Source: Candidatus Poribacteria bacterium
Lineage (GTDB): Bacteria; Poribacteria; WGA-4E; WGA-3G
DNA length: 64,000 nucleotides
Assembly (NCBI GenBank): GCA_022825825.1
Contig: JAJDWA010000027.1
Location: 572-64,571 of the forward strand
Direction: 5' to 3'
Made by a program: the position numbers and the translations under genes. The stretch's first letter is position 1; each line of letters begins with the position of its first letter. The notes under the pieces are model-generated. The model was not told the origin of the DNA. It saw only the letters and a program-made list of their open reading frames with translations, and searched no databases. Shown piece by piece: positions 1 through 10,496 of the stretch.

Positions 1-724
1 ACGGAATTGACCAAATACTATTGCCCAGTCCTTGTCGTATTGAAGGTGCACCTTTGGCAGATAAGAGAAAACTGATCCCTGCCATAACGCCGACACTGAT
101 TGCTGCGATGAGAGCACGTAATCGGAAATCCTCCTGTAAGTTCAAGTCGTCAGTTTCAAGGGTAAGATATACAGCAGCGAGCAATGCACAGAGTGTCAAT
201 GTGAAAAAGCCGATTGCGAAAGGAAAGGGGGCAAACCATGATGAGAAAAAGTCAGTTTCTACCTTACCGCTTTCTATATCCACCTGAATTGTTCCTGATG
301 CCACTGCCCCTAAAGTAACACCTAACATAATAGGCGTTATGATGCTTGCGATGGCAAACACACGACTCCACCTGAGGTGTGTTTTATCCGATTGATCGTC
401 GTAGGTTCGGAAAACAAATGCAGTGCCGCGAAGCACAATGCCGATGAGCATTATGGTTAATGGAATATGCAATGCTGTGCCGATTGTAGCAAATGCAACA
501 GGAAACGCGACAAAGAGCAGCACGACAATTACAATCAGCCAGACATGATTCGCCTCCCAGATTGGCGCGAGGGCGTTGGTAATAAGGGCTCGTTGTGTTT
601 TCGCTCTGGGACCCGTCGCAAATAGGTCCCAGACACCACCGCCAAAGTCAGCGCCGCCCGTCAACATATAGAGAATCAGGGAAATTAACATAACACCTGC
701 AATCCAGATTTCAAGACCGAACAT
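1..724 (-). CDS. cydB: Cytochrome bd ubiquinol oxidase subunit II (CydB), 3'-partial; C-terminus runs off the window start.
   Basis: ATG at 724..722 on the minus strand, about 50 nt downstream of the cydA stop. My translation (MFGLEIWIAGVMLISLILYMLTGGADFGGGVWDLFATGPRAKTQRALITNALAPIWEANHVWLIVIV...) is a typical CydB N-terminus. There is no stop before position 1. Confidence 0.8.
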   Translation of the reverse strand, partial: MFGLEIWIAGVMLISLILYMLTGGADFGGGVWDLFATGPRAKTQRALITNALAPIWEANHVWLIVIVVLLFVAFPVAFATIGTALHIPLTIMLIGIVLRGTAFVFRTYDDQSDKTHLRWSRVFAIASIITPIMLGVTLGAVASGTIQVDIESGKVETDFFSSWFAPFPFAIGFFTLTLCALLAAVYLTLETDDLNLQEDFRLRALIAAISVGVMAGISFLLSAKGAPSIRQGLGNSIWSIP

Positions 725-777
725 AGAATTTCTCCCGAAACTGCAAACTCTCAAATACGAAATTGGCAACGTATGGG

Positions 778-2070
778 CTATTCAAATTGGAAGATTTGGC
801 GACGTAACAGGATAACAACGATAATCGAGAGAAAAATATAAAGAATAGTAAATCCAATGAACGGAACAACAAGATTTGGCATAGGTGTTACTGCCTCTGC
901 CGTCCGCATGTAGCCGTAGATTATCCACGGTTGTCGACCAACTTCTGTAACTGTCCACCCAGCTTCTATGGCGATAAACCCAAGCGGTGTGCAGTATGTG
1001 ACGAACCTGAGGTACCAACTGTTGACAGGTAATCCTTTTTGTCTCCACGCCAACCATCCACCGAGGATACCCGCGACAATCATTACCATTCCACATGCGA
1101 CCATAATCTGAAAAGCGAAATGCACAATTGCAACAGGTGGGCGATCTTCACGGGGAACGTCTTTAAGTCCCATAATTTCAGCATTGAAGTCAAAGTGTGC
1201 AAGGAAACTGAGTGCCTTCGGAATTTCTATGGCGTATCGGGTTACTTCTGCCTCTTCATCTGGAATACCGCCTATACGTAAAGGAGCACCGCGTTCGGTT
1301 TCCCACTGTCCCTCCATTGCTGCGAGTTTGATAGGTTGATGCTTGGCAAGTCGCTTTGCACTGATGTCTCCAGAAATCGGTTGGAGAAGTGCGACTACAC
1401 CCCCAACGCACAAGGCAATAGCAAATGCTTTTCTATGAAAAGGGTTGTTTGGATTGCGTCTCAGAAAGTAGGCATGGATACCAGCAACTGCAAATCCGAC
1501 CGCGAGAAAGGCAGCTAAAGTCATGTGAAGTGCTTGACTAAATGAGGAGGGGTTTAGCATCGCTGCGATAGGGTCAATATTGGTAACCTTCCCTTCAACA
1601 ACCGAAAAGCCGACAGGCGTGTTCATCCAAGCGTTGGCAGTTACAACAAAGATGCCTGACAGCATACCACCTATTAACACCATTACACCAGCGCACCAAT
1701 GAACGCTCTTTGGGACGCGTTCCCACCCATACAAGTAGATGCCGAGAAAGATTGCTTCTATAAAAAACGCTAAGCCTTCTAATGAAAACGGCATGCCGAT
1801 AATCGGACCGGCGTAAGCCATAAAAGTCGGCCACAACAAACCGAGTTCAAAGGACAAAACGGTGCCAGAGACTGCCCCTACAGCAAACATGATCGCTGTG
1901 CCTTTTGACCATCGCTTTGCGAGGGTGAGATAGGTTTCGTCCTTCGTTTTCAGCCACATCCCTTCGGCAATTACCATGAGCAATGGCATTGCTATACCAA
2001 CGGAGGCGAAAATAATATGAAAAGCGAGAGACATCGCCATTTGCGCGCGTGCTGCTAAGAGGTCTTCCAT
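778..2070 (-). CDS. cydA: Cytochrome bd ubiquinol oxidase subunit I (CydA).
   Basis: A 430-aa multi-TM protein with a CydA-like N-terminus (MEDLLAARAQMAMSLAFHIIFASVGIAMPLLMV..) and the periplasmic Q-loop region. It lies immediately upstream of cydB. Confidence 0.9.
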   Translation of the reverse strand: MEDLLAARAQMAMSLAFHIIFASVGIAMPLLMVIAEGMWLKTKDETYLTLAKRWSKGTAIMFAVGAVSGTVLSFELGLLWPTFMAYAGPIIGMPFSLEGLAFFIEAIFLGIYLYGWERVPKSVHWCAGVMVLIGGMLSGIFVVTANAWMNTPVGFSVVEGKVTNIDPIAAMLNPSSFSQALHMTLAAFLAVGFAVAGIHAYFLRRNPNNPFHRKAFAIALCVGGVVALLQPISGDISAKRLAKHQPIKLAAMEGQWETERGAPLRIGGIPDEEAEVTRYAIEIPKALSFLAHFDFNAEIMGLKDVPREDRPPVAIVHFAFQIMVACGMVMIVAGILGGWLAWRQKGLPVNSWYLRFVTYCTPLGFIAIEAGWTVTEVGRQPWIIYGYMRTAEAVTPMPNLVVPFIGFTILYIFLSIIVVILLRRQIFQFE

Positions 2071-2115
2071 ATTATTTCTACCTCATTGTGATGTAATAAG
2101 AGAAAAAGGGAACTG

Positions 2116-2150
2116 TAGGTCGGGCAGAGCGAAGCGAAACCCGTAACTGC
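2116..2150. repeat. Family-3 short repeat (gtaggtcgggcagagcgaagcgaaacccg).
   Basis: Near-identical copy at 4534-4565 (gtaggtcgggtagagaaacgaaacccgac) and a partial copy at 5655-5680 (aagcgaagcgaaacct). Each lies in an intergenic spacer 3' of a minus-strand gene. Confidence 0.5.
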
Positions 2151-2199
2151 CAATTTTGTGTATGGTTTAGCAAAACGGTGCTAAACTGATCCCCGCCCG

Positions 2200-4437
2200 C
2201 TACTTCCGTATCAACATCTTGCGCGTAGCAGTGAAATCGCCTGCGGTGAGGGTGTAGAAGTATACACCACTGGCGATTTTTTCTCCATTCTTGTTTCTAC
2301 CATCCCAAAAAGCTGCACGGTCACGATCTTGATAGATGCCGATAGGCTTATCTCCTAAATCTAACGTCCGAATCAACTTGCCATCTTCAGTCCAGATAGA
2401 GATACGAACATTTGCAGGTGATGCCAATTGATACGGAATCCACGTCTCAGGATTGAACGGGTTAGGATAGTTTTGCAACAGTTGATTACGCTTTATCTGA
2501 CCCAGTGTGACAAGTTTCTTATCGTGAGAATCAACGGAAAACGGCTCACCCACATCAATCCCATCAGCACCGGATCTGAAATCCCATAATAGCACGGTTC
2601 CATCAGAACTTGCACTTGCGAGCGTGCGATTATCACCACCGAAAGATACACTGCGCACGGATCCCCTATGCCCTTCAAGTTTGCGTAGATGCAGCCCCTT
2701 GTTTGCGTCCCACAATCGAATGTGTGTGTCATCACTTCCACTTGCGATGATGTTGCCATCTGGACTAAATGCGACACTATTGACGATACTCGTATGCCGC
2801 TCAAGGGTGTGTAAAAGTTTCCCCGATTTTACCTCCCATAACCTGACGGTGTAGTCGTCATCAACTTCGTTCCCACTTCCACTTACGAGTGTGTTGCCAT
2901 CCGGACTAAATGCGATACTTCTGATATTAGCCGTATGTCCTTCATAAGTGCGAAGGAGTTTCCCCGAATTTACATTCCATATCCTGATAACATTGTCCGG
3001 ACTCCCACCTGCGATTGTCTTGCTATCCGGACTAAACGCGACACTATTGAGGAAACTCGTATGTTCCAGAATTCTACGGTGAAGTTTCCCTGTTCTTACG
3101 TTAAATATGGTGAGGTCTGAGGAAACACCCCAACCACCGCATGCGACTAACTTTCCATCAGGACTAAATGAGACACAATTTAGCCATTTGGAATTACTTG
3201 ACCTCATTTTATGGATAATGTCTGTGGTATTTACATCTAACAAAAAGATGGATCCTTGATCACCACCCACACTTGCAATCATATCGCCATTTGGACTAAA
3301 TGACAAGTCATAGACCGAACCTCCAGTCTTGGTAAGTGTTTTGAGTTTTTCACCCGTTTTTATGTCCCATAATCGGATATCTTTATCACCGCCACCTGCA
3401 AGTATGCTACCATCCGGACTAAAAGCTACACCTGCGAACCCATACGTATGTCCCTCAAGTGTGCGTTTATGTCTCCCTGAATTTGCATCCCACAGCCGGA
3501 TAGTAGAATCTCCACTCCCACTTACAAGTGTGTTTCCATCCAGACTAAAAGATAGGGTGCTGACCCAAGTTGTATGTCCTTCAAGTGTTTGGAGATGTTT
3601 CCCTGTTTTTGCGTTCCACAGACGGATGCCATCCCAACTCCCGCTTGCGAGGATGCCGTTTTTAGGATTAAAAGCGATACTTGATATCTTACCTGGATGC
3701 TTCAACATTCGTAGTTGTTTTCCTGTCTTTACATCCCACAACCGGACGGTATTCTCAAAACTTGCACTTGCTATCATTGTCCAATCCGGACTAAATGAAA
3801 TGTATAAGAACGAAATGTTAAGTGTTCGTATGTGTTCCCCGGTATTTGCGTTCCACAACCGGACGGTTTTGTCAGAACTTCCACTTGCGATTGTGTTGCC
3901 ATCCGGACTAAAAGCAACAATTCTGGCCACATCGCTATGCCCTTCAAGTGTTCGTATATGTTGTCCAGTATTTGCGTTCCACAACCGAATAGTTTTATCC
4001 CTGCTCCCACTTGCGATTGTGTTGCCATCCGGACTAAAAGCTACACCAGAAATAGTGGACGAATGTCCTTCAAATATGTGGAGTTGTTGTCCTGTATTTG
4101 CGTTCCACAACCGGACGGTTTTGTCAGAACTTCCACTTGCGATTGTGTTGCCATCCGGACTAAAAGCTACACTTCCAACCGCATCCGTATGTTCAGTGTA
4201 TAGGTCAAGTTCTTCACCGGTCTCTGCATCGTATATCCAAATGCCGATTTGGCACGGCAAAGCGAACTTGGCACCATCTGGTGAAGACACAAAATGACCC
4301 GATCTCGCCCCTTTCCCAAACCGTGCTATCGTACCTTTGGGTAGATCAAATTCTACCCGGTCTTGGGCAGCGATGCTGGGGGCAATAATGAGTGCTATGA
4401 CCAATGTTATCATGATTGAACTCAAAATCTTTTTCAT
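2200..4437 (-). CDS. Secreted WD40-repeat protein with a C-terminal T9SS sorting domain.
   Basis: Signal peptide MKKILSSIMITLVIALIIAPSIAAQ. About 14 WD40 repeats (GH...FSPDGNTIASGSxDxTIRLWN). C-terminus NYPNPFNPETWIPYQL...YFYTLTAGDFTATRKMLIRK looks like a T9SS type-A CTD. The plus-strand ORFs inside this locus (3329..4297 and others) are alternate-frame artefacts of the repeats. Confidence 0.85.
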   Translation of the reverse strand: MKKILSSIMITLVIALIIAPSIAAQDRVEFDLPKGTIARFGKGARSGHFVSSPDGAKFALPCQIGIWIYDAETGEELDLYTEHTDAVGSVAFSPDGNTIASGSSDKTVRLWNANTGQQLHIFEGHSSTISGVAFSPDGNTIASGSRDKTIRLWNANTGQHIRTLEGHSDVARIVAFSPDGNTIASGSSDKTVRLWNANTGEHIRTLNISFLYISFSPDWTMIASASFENTVRLWDVKTGKQLRMLKHPGKISSIAFNPKNGILASGSWDGIRLWNAKTGKHLQTLEGHTTWVSTLSFSLDGNTLVSGSGDSTIRLWDANSGRHKRTLEGHTYGFAGVAFSPDGSILAGGGDKDIRLWDIKTGEKLKTLTKTGGSVYDLSFSPNGDMIASVGGDQGSIFLLDVNTTDIIHKMRSSNSKWLNCVSFSPDGKLVACGGWGVSSDLTIFNVRTGKLHRRILEHTSFLNSVAFSPDSKTIAGGSPDNVIRIWNVNSGKLLRTYEGHTANIRSIAFSPDGNTLVSGSGNEVDDDYTVRLWEVKSGKLLHTLERHTSIVNSVAFSPDGNIIASGSDDTHIRLWDANKGLHLRKLEGHRGSVRSVSFGGDNRTLASASSDGTVLLWDFRSGADGIDVGEPFSVDSHDKKLVTLGQIKRNQLLQNYPNPFNPETWIPYQLASPANVRISIWTEDGKLIRTLDLGDKPIGIYQDRDRAAFWDGRNKNGEKIASGVYFYTLTAGDFTATRKMLIRK

Positions 4438-4754
4438 TGTCTGCTCTCCTATTGTGTTATACGTTGATTATGTCGTGAAGGTAATATTGTATATAGTATA
4501 GTCTATAAGATTTCAGGAGTCAATGATAATAACGAGTCTTGTAGGTCGGGTAGAGAAACGAAACCCGACATGGAAAACCTCAATCTAATCGTCCGTGTCC
4601 AAATCAACGCCAAGGACGCGTTCGGTATTTGGTGGGTTTCGCAAACTCAACCCTCAAATAATGCTACATTTTCATTCAGAGATGGTATAATAACGGAAGT
4701 TGACCATAAAAAAATAGGCGGACAAAACTGCCTGCCTACAAGACAGAGAAATGA

Positions 4755-5591
4755 TTATGCAACCCACGGATTAAGACCGAGAAGTTTTTTCCCTAAAGGT
4801 GTCAACTCAGCAGTTTTACCTTCATTATGCTCTTTCTCTTTCTGATTTTTACCGAGTCCTGTTAGCCGTTCTTGCCACCATGTAACCCGGTGCTCATTTG
4901 TCTCTTTTCCATCATTTGGCGCAGGATTCATTGTGATGTATTGCGCCATACGGGGACGCTCAGCGGAGTTAGGACTACTGCCATGCGGCAACGCGCTATG
5001 CCAAATAACCAAATCACCTGCCTTCCCAGGTACAGGAACACCCTCATCCTGATAATCGCGTATCACGCGGCGTGGGTCAGCATCAGTTGGGAGGTTTTTC
5101 AACCATTCCTCCAATTTTCGATGAAAACCGGGGATACACGTAAATGCTCCCTGATTGCCGGGGGTATCTACCAAATACAATACGCCTTGGACCTTTAACC
5201 GAACTGGCATATCTAATGACATATCCCAATGCAGGTGGGGACCTGGAAACTTCCAATCATCGCGTTCGGGGGGATTCATACTGGCACGGTCAAAACTAAC
5301 CCAGAGTTTTTCATTATTCCAGATTTCTGAGAATGCTTGATGCACACGCGGGTATTGACGATTATCCCATATAGCTTGGTGTTGGTAAATTTCTACCATA
5401 ATGCCGCGGCGTGGCGGATCCTCAGGATACCAGCTATCCGGGTCATCACCATCCATTTCAAGGAAGTCCCACACAGCTTGTTCGGCAGCACGGCAGTTTT
5501 CAATGGGAACAGCCTCACGGACAACGACATAACCGTGTTCTTCCCAAAATTCTAAATCTTCTTTACTAAAAACAGGCATAAGTTTCTCCAA
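4755..5591 (-). CDS. Phytanoyl-CoA dioxygenase (PhyH) family Fe(II)/2OG oxygenase.
   Basis: PhyH-like motifs: WHSALPHGSSPN, HLHWDMS, FSKEDLEFWEEHGYVVVREAV. Confidence 0.75.
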   Translation of the reverse strand: MEKLMPVFSKEDLEFWEEHGYVVVREAVPIENCRAAEQAVWDFLEMDGDDPDSWYPEDPPRRGIMVEIYQHQAIWDNRQYPRVHQAFSEIWNNEKLWVSFDRASMNPPERDDWKFPGPHLHWDMSLDMPVRLKVQGVLYLVDTPGNQGAFTCIPGFHRKLEEWLKNLPTDADPRRVIRDYQDEGVPVPGKAGDLVIWHSALPHGSSPNSAERPRMAQYITMNPAPNDGKETNEHRVTWWQERLTGLGKNQKEKEHNEGKTAELTPLGKKLLGLNPWVA

Positions 5592-5677
5592 ATATAAGGG
5601 GTATGTAAAATTGACAAAAGTTGTACATTTCTTGTTGTAGTAGATGTGGTTGAATAAAGCGAAGCGAAACCTAACAC

Positions 5678-6361
5678 TTACGATGCAAAATGTTGCCGGG
5701 CATATTCAAGACGTTCCGGCACACCAATATCGATCCATTCAGTTTTGGTTTTGTGAACGTAAAGTTGGGATAGGTAAGGAAAGACATCTCGTTCAATAGA
5801 AAAGACTTCCTTTTGTGGAAAAGCATTTATGATGGAGCGGTTAAAAAGAAAAACGGCTCCGTTAGCACAACCGGGACGTGCTACTTGCTGCTTTTCCCTA
5901 AACTCAGTAATCCGCCCCTGTGCGTTAGCAACAATTTCTCCATAAGACGTCAGATCAGACACCGAAATACCAAGTAGTAATCCATCCATTTCAGGACGCA
6001 GCTTTGACAACATGTCAGCTAAAGAGAAGTTTTTCAACAGGATGTCACCGTGTAAAACAAAGACCGGAAAGTCGTGAACCAAACGAAATGCGTTTTTAAT
6101 TGCGCCGCCTGTACCAAGTGGTTTATCTTCCTGCGCGTATCGAATTTTCACACCAGCATGCTTTTCACCGACGTGTTCATACAGTACATCATGCAAATGC
6201 CCAGAAGCAAGAATTGCTTCAATTACACCAGCCTCATCTAAAAGTGTTAACTGCCACTCTAAAACGGTGCGATCACCAATTTTTAGAAGTACCTTTGGAA
6301 GTTTTTCTGTTGTCTTACCAAGTCTTGTGGAAAGTCCACCACAGAGAATAATCGCTTGCAT
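5678..6361 (-). CDS. Sugar-phosphate nucleotidyltransferase (NTP_transferase domain).
   Basis: N-terminus MQAIILCGGLSTRLG...LPKVLL...PLGTGGAIKNA is the canonical G-x-G-x-R-L nucleotidyltransferase signature. Confidence 0.8.
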   Translation of the reverse strand: MQAIILCGGLSTRLGKTTEKLPKVLLKIGDRTVLEWQLTLLDEAGVIEAILASGHLHDVLYEHVGEKHAGVKIRYAQEDKPLGTGGAIKNAFRLVHDFPVFVLHGDILLKNFSLADMLSKLRPEMDGLLLGISVSDLTSYGEIVANAQGRITEFREKQQVARPGCANGAVFLFNRSIINAFPQKEVFSIERDVFPYLSQLYVHKTKTEWIDIGVPERLEYARQHFAS

Positions 6362-6511
6362 GAAGTCCTTTCCTTAGTGGACTGTGAACATTTCCTAACA
6401 TTGATTTCAGGTAAGAGACATAAAAATTTCTCGACATTTCACGTATAATGACCATGTTTTCAGGAGGCCGCATTTGCCTGAACTTGACCTATGTTTGTAG
6501 GAGCTTGCTTT

Positions 6512-7588
6512 CTATGTCCTCAAAGCATTTAAGAATGCCTCAACACTCGGAGTTTGCAATGCAAGAATAATCAGCTGCTTCAATTGTTCGAGATTAGAAA
6601 TTGATTTAAGTGCTTGTTCTATGTTATGTAAGTCGCTTTTAGGGAACTGCGTTGTAAGTATTGAGAGTATATTTTCCACGGTGGTTTCGCGCGCCCCTTG
6701 TTCAACCCCTTGTTCAACCCCTTGTTCAATACCTTGTTCGATTAGTACTTGTGCCATTGATTCTGCCATGGGAGTCACCTCTATTAGTTGTGTGTTTTGG
6801 TCTATGAGTTGGACGAGTTCTTCATGTTCTGCTGCGGGTCTGCGATGTAGTATCAATGAAATGAGATACTTTATCGCCTCTTCCATTTGTCCCTTCTGTC
6901 CCGGATCAAGTGTGCCAAGATAGCCAACTGTATCAACTAAGGCACGACTGATCGTTTCCTTATCTGCGTGTTCCTGCTGAAGCACGGTCATCAACCATCC
7001 GAAAGGATGATCAGTTTTCGTCAATGTTTCCGCATCTGCTTCCTTGACGCTGAGAAACAGTATCTCACAATGTGGTACAAACCGTGTGAGTTCATCTGGG
7101 ATGTCCATAATAGCGTCAAGCTGCAGGGGCGTTTTCCAAGTGCGATCACCCGTATAAAACACTATGGGAAGTATCGGTGTTAACCGCCGTTCTGCTTTCG
7201 GTACATTGTTTTGCTCCCATGTTCTGCGTTCTGTGTCCCATATCATCAGCATGTAAAACAACATTCGAAATCCCATTGTTTCGTCCACCGTGGACTGGTG
7301 TTCAATAAGAATATAGATAATGATCTCACCGGTTTGTCCTTCACTTTTAAACGGCACACGATAGACGAGGTCCGACTCCTGAGCTCTGAATATCTCCAGC
7401 ACAAAACTCCTCTTAATCTGGTCAATCCGCTCAAAATCCATCTTTTCTGATAGGTTGCCAGCGATGATCTGGACTAAGCATCGCAAGTTTTCTGTGTTTT
7501 GGAGCAACCATCTTGCGCTCTGATCAGGATAATGTTCAGTCTGTGTCGCCCAAAAATCAACGATTTGTTGTTCGTTTCTGTTTTCCAT
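6512..7588 (-). CDS. Rpn-family (YhgA-like, PD-(D/E)XK) recombination-promoting nuclease / putative transposase.
   Basis: N-terminal PDDEXK_7-like region (...IYILIEHQSTVD...). C-terminal DUF4351-like tail with EQGIEQGVEQGVEQG repeats, which are typical of Rpn proteins. Confidence 0.7.
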   Translation of the reverse strand: MENRNEQQIVDFWATQTEHYPDQSARWLLQNTENLRCLVQIIAGNLSEKMDFERIDQIKRSFVLEIFRAQESDLVYRVPFKSEGQTGEIIIYILIEHQSTVDETMGFRMLFYMLMIWDTERRTWEQNNVPKAERRLTPILPIVFYTGDRTWKTPLQLDAIMDIPDELTRFVPHCEILFLSVKEADAETLTKTDHPFGWLMTVLQQEHADKETISRALVDTVGYLGTLDPGQKGQMEEAIKYLISLILHRRPAAEHEELVQLIDQNTQLIEVTPMAESMAQVLIEQGIEQGVEQGVEQGARETTVENILSILTTQFPKSDLHNIEQALKSISNLEQLKQLIILALQTPSVEAFLNALRT

Positions 7589-7634
7589 GAACTCTTAAAT
7601 ACATGCTGCCAAACACTGAACTTACGGTTCCTCT

Positions 7635-8024
7635 TCAAATAGTTTCGGGAAGAAAATCAAATGCGTTTTCAATCTGATCAAGTTGTAGCAATTCAAATTG
7701 TGGCGACAGATGGATTGCGATCACATCAAAACGGCAAGGAGCATCTAACAAGTTTTGTGTTTGTAAATACGCCAATGCTATCTTAGAAATTTGCCGTTGC
7801 TTCTGCTCTGTCACAGCGGACTGTGGCAAGCCATACTTTAAACTACGCCGTGTTTTAACCTCAACAAAAACGATTCTTTTATCTTGCTGTGCAATAAGGT
7901 CAATTTCACCGCGTTGGAAACGGTAATTTTGTGCAAGAATCTGGTAACCTTGTGCTTTAAGATGTTCCGCAGCAAATGTTTCACCAATTTTTGCAATGTT
8001 TGGCAGTGAACGCCGCATTTGCAT
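7635..8024 (-). CDS. yraN: YraN-family (UPF0102) endonuclease.
   Basis: GETFAAEHLKAQGYQILAQNYRFQRGEIDLIAQQDKRIVFVEVKTR is the YraN signature. The gene has the conserved position downstream of rnhB. Confidence 0.8.
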   Translation of the reverse strand: MQMRRSLPNIAKIGETFAAEHLKAQGYQILAQNYRFQRGEIDLIAQQDKRIVFVEVKTRRSLKYGLPQSAVTEQKQRQISKIALAYLQTQNLLDAPCRFDVIAIHLSPQFELLQLDQIENAFDFLPETI

Positions 8025-8055
8025 TTCCTCGAATCATCGCGAACTGATAGATTCC

Positions 8056-8676
8056 CTATGAATCTGAAAGCAATTTGAACGTATTCCTATGAATTGCTGA
8101 AGCGCCGAACTGGGCAATCGCTTGACGATGTTGTGCTGTGGGATATCCTTTGTGTTGCGCAAACCCGTAATTTGGATATGTTTGATGAAATTCAATCATC
8201 AACCTATCGCGCGTCGTTTTAGCGATAACCGAAGCCGCAGCGATAGACAGACTCAAGTTATCACCTTTCGGAATTGCTTGTGCTGGAATGTTAGTTTTCG
8301 GCAGCTTGGAACCATCTACAAGCAAATAATCAGGTTTCGGTGTGAGTTGTTGGACAGCTTCCGCCATAGCCCGCAGCGCAGCTTGTAAGATATTAAGTTC
8401 CTCAATTAGACGATTATCTACTGAACCGACACCGACTGAAATAGCAACACTTTGGATTTCATTCGCCAGCAACGAACGTTGTTTTGGAGTCAATTGTTTG
8501 GAATCTTTTAAACCATCAATTTCACAATCGACGGGCAAGATAACCGCAGCAGCAACGACCGGACCTGCTAATGCACCTCTACCCGCTTCGTCAATTCCAG
8601 CAATTCGCTTGTACCCCATCTGTAAGCAAGCACGCTCAAAAGCGTACATTTTGTTATCTTCTCTGTTCCTTGACAC
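8056..8676 (-). CDS. rnhB: Ribonuclease HII.
   Basis: [24 protein letters not shown]...[10 protein letters not shown]...LVDG. The true start may be the internal Met at 8649; that start would remove the 23-nt overlap with rplS. Confidence 0.85.
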   Translation of the reverse strand: MSRNREDNKMYAFERACLQMGYKRIAGIDEAGRGALAGPVVAAAVILPVDCEIDGLKDSKQLTPKQRSLLANEIQSVAISVGVGSVDNRLIEELNILQAALRAMAEAVQQLTPKPDYLLVDGSKLPKTNIPAQAIPKGDNLSLSIAAASVIAKTTRDRLMIEFHQTYPNYGFAQHKGYPTAQHRQAIAQFGASAIHRNTFKLLSDS

Positions 8677-8998
8677 GTGCAGATTTTCCTGTACGATCCC
8701 TCAAATAGTATAACTTTGCGCGCCGAACAGCACCGTATCGAACGACCCGAATACTTTCTATATTGGGTGAATGAAGTGGAAATGTTCTTTCACTTCCTGT
8801 GCCAAATGCGACGCGGCGGACAGTAAAAGTGGCACGGGTGCCACCATGTGCACGCCGAATCACGGTGCCTTCATAAGCTTGAATACGTTCCTTCTGTCCC
8901 TCTCGAATGCGGGTATTGACTCTTACTACATCGCCAGGACCAAACTCAGGAATATCAGTTTTTTTATATTGGTTTTCTACGGATTCAATCAAATTCAT
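8654..8998 (-). CDS. rplS: 50S ribosomal protein L19.
   Basis: [47 protein letters not shown] is a canonical L19. Confidence 0.9.
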   Translation of the reverse strand: MNLIESVENQYKKTDIPEFGPGDVVRVNTRIREGQKERIQAYEGTVIRRAHGGTRATFTVRRVAFGTGSERTFPLHSPNIESIRVVRYGAVRRAKLYYLRDRTGKSARVKEQRR

Positions 8999-9023
8999 TG
9001 TTCTTTCCTCCTTTCCTCATAAT

Positions 9024-9758
9024 TTAACAAGATGATTTACGTTCTGATGTTTGCAAAAGTGCAAGTTCTTCATCAGTGAGTTCAAGATTTTGAAGTAAAT
9101 CTGGACGACGTTGGGCAGTGCGTTTTAGTGCCTCTGCATGCCGCCATTTTTTTATGTTCTCATGATGTCCGCTTAACAACACTTCCGGAACTTTCATTCC
9201 CTCATATTCGGCGGGACGTGTGTAATGCGGATGATCAAGCAAATCTTGACTGAAAGAGTCCTCATGTGCCGATTCAAAATCTCCTAATGCCCCCGGCAAA
9301 ACACGTCCAATAGCATCAATTAGCACCAATGCTGCGATCTCGCCGCCACTCAAAACGTAATCGCCAATTGATATTTCAGTCGTCACGATGTTTTGGCGAA
9401 CACGTTCATCAACCCCTTTGTAACGTCCGCATATCAAAATGAGATGAGATTCCAAAGACAACGTTTCAACAAGCGATTGCGTCAACGGTGTACCTTGTGG
9501 CGTTAAATACACGATTTGTGCGTCAGATTCTGTGTTCAACGCTTTCATAGCTGCAAAGAGCGGCTCAGGTTTGAGAATCATTCCCGCGCCGCCACCATAG
9601 GGATAATCATCAACAGTCTTATGTCTATCTGTTGCCCAGTCTCGCAGATTATACACGTTAATGCTAAGTCGGTCTGCATCTTGAATACGTTTTAAAATGC
9701 CTGTTTGCAAGGCAGGTGTGATTATCTCTGGAAACAGCGCTATCACATCCATTTTCAT
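9024..9758 (-). CDS. trmD: tRNA (guanine37-N1)-methyltransferase.
   Basis: [12 protein letters not shown]...[17 protein letters not shown]...[11 protein letters not shown]. Confidence 0.9.
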   Translation of the reverse strand: MKMDVIALFPEIITPALQTGILKRIQDADRLSINVYNLRDWATDRHKTVDDYPYGGGAGMILKPEPLFAAMKALNTESDAQIVYLTPQGTPLTQSLVETLSLESHLILICGRYKGVDERVRQNIVTTEISIGDYVLSGGEIAALVLIDAIGRVLPGALGDFESAHEDSFSQDLLDHPHYTRPAEYEGMKVPEVLLSGHHENIKKWRHAEALKRTAQRRPDLLQNLELTDEELALLQTSERKSSC

Positions 9759-9779
9759 CTTGACACTTGCCTGTCATCG

Positions 9780-10040
9780 CTATTCTTCGGGCCTCGGTTC
9801 TTCAAGTAGTTCAAGGATGACCTTTTTGTTGGCTTTCAATCCAGCAGTGTAAAGCAGCGTTCTAATTGCTTTTAGCGTCCGTCCGTATCTACCGATAATT
9901 TTACCGAAGTCCGCTTCTGCGACACTCAATTCAATGATAACCACCTTTTCGCCAGTCACTTCACGGACTACTACATCATTAGGAGAGTCAACAAGGGCTA
10001 TTACGATGTATTCAATAAGTTCTTTGAACATAACTAACAT
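9780..10040 (-). CDS. KH-domain RNA-binding protein (YlqC/UPF0109 family).
   Basis: KIIGRYGRTLKAIRTLL is a KH (GXXG) motif. The gene sits in the conserved position between rpsP and trmD. The start could be the Met at 10031. Confidence 0.75.
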   Translation of the reverse strand: MLVMFKELIEYIVIALVDSPNDVVVREVTGEKVVIIELSVAEADFGKIIGRYGRTLKAIRTLLYTAGLKANKKVILELLEEPRPEE

Positions 10041-10103
10041 TCAGAATGGTTATAAAGCGTAAAAAATTTGAATGTGCCTGAAAATTCAGTAGGACTTCAA
10101 AAA

Positions 10104-10496
10104 CTATTCTTCTTCAGACGATTCAGATGTTTCTTCTGCGAGAAGTTCTCCCTGATCGTTTTCAGACTCGGGTATATTCTCATTTTCAAGTGTTTCGTCT
10201 GTTGTAATTTCTTCGTCAGGAAGCGGTTTTCCAAGTTTTTCGTAAGTAAATTTCTTCCAAATGCCTTCTTGCGAAAGCAGTCTTTTAGCTGTATCTGTTG
10301 GTTGCGCACCACGTCTTAACCACTTCAAAGCTTTCTCTTCGTCAATAACGACATCTGCTGGATCCGTTATCGGATTGTAATGACCGAGGCGTTCTAAAAA
10401 AACACCGTCTCTCTGGGCTCGTGCATCGGCTGCAACGAGCCGATAAAAAGGACGTTTTTTTCTACCGAGTCGTTGTAATCTAATTCTAACTGCCAA
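10104..10496 (-). CDS. rpsP: 30S ribosomal protein S16, probable TTG start, with an acidic C-terminal extension.
   Basis: [30 protein letters not shown] is a canonical S16 N-terminus. On the minus strand AGGAGG is followed 6 nt later by TTG at 10496..10494. The ORF-track upstream extension ([14 protein letters not shown]) has no RBS and is not S16-like. Confidence 0.85.
   Translation of the reverse strand: MAVRIRLQRLGRKKRPFYRLVAADARAQRDGVFLERLGHYNPITDPADVVIDEEKALKWLRRGAQPTDTAKRLLSQEGIWKKFTYEKLGKPLPDEEITTDETLENENIPESENDQGELLAEETSESSEEE

Noticed and set aside
21-287. An 88-aa plus-strand ORF at the window start.
   Set aside because: It is fully contained in the antisense of cydB, which translates as a canonical CydB.
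2493-4297. Several long ORFs (up to 322 aa) inside and antisense to the WD40 gene.
   Set aside because: They are products of the periodic WD40 repeat DNA read in other frames: low-complexity, repetitive (…CPSSVR.C.PVFAFHNR…) and nested within a gene that is well supported by a signal peptide and a T9SS CTD.
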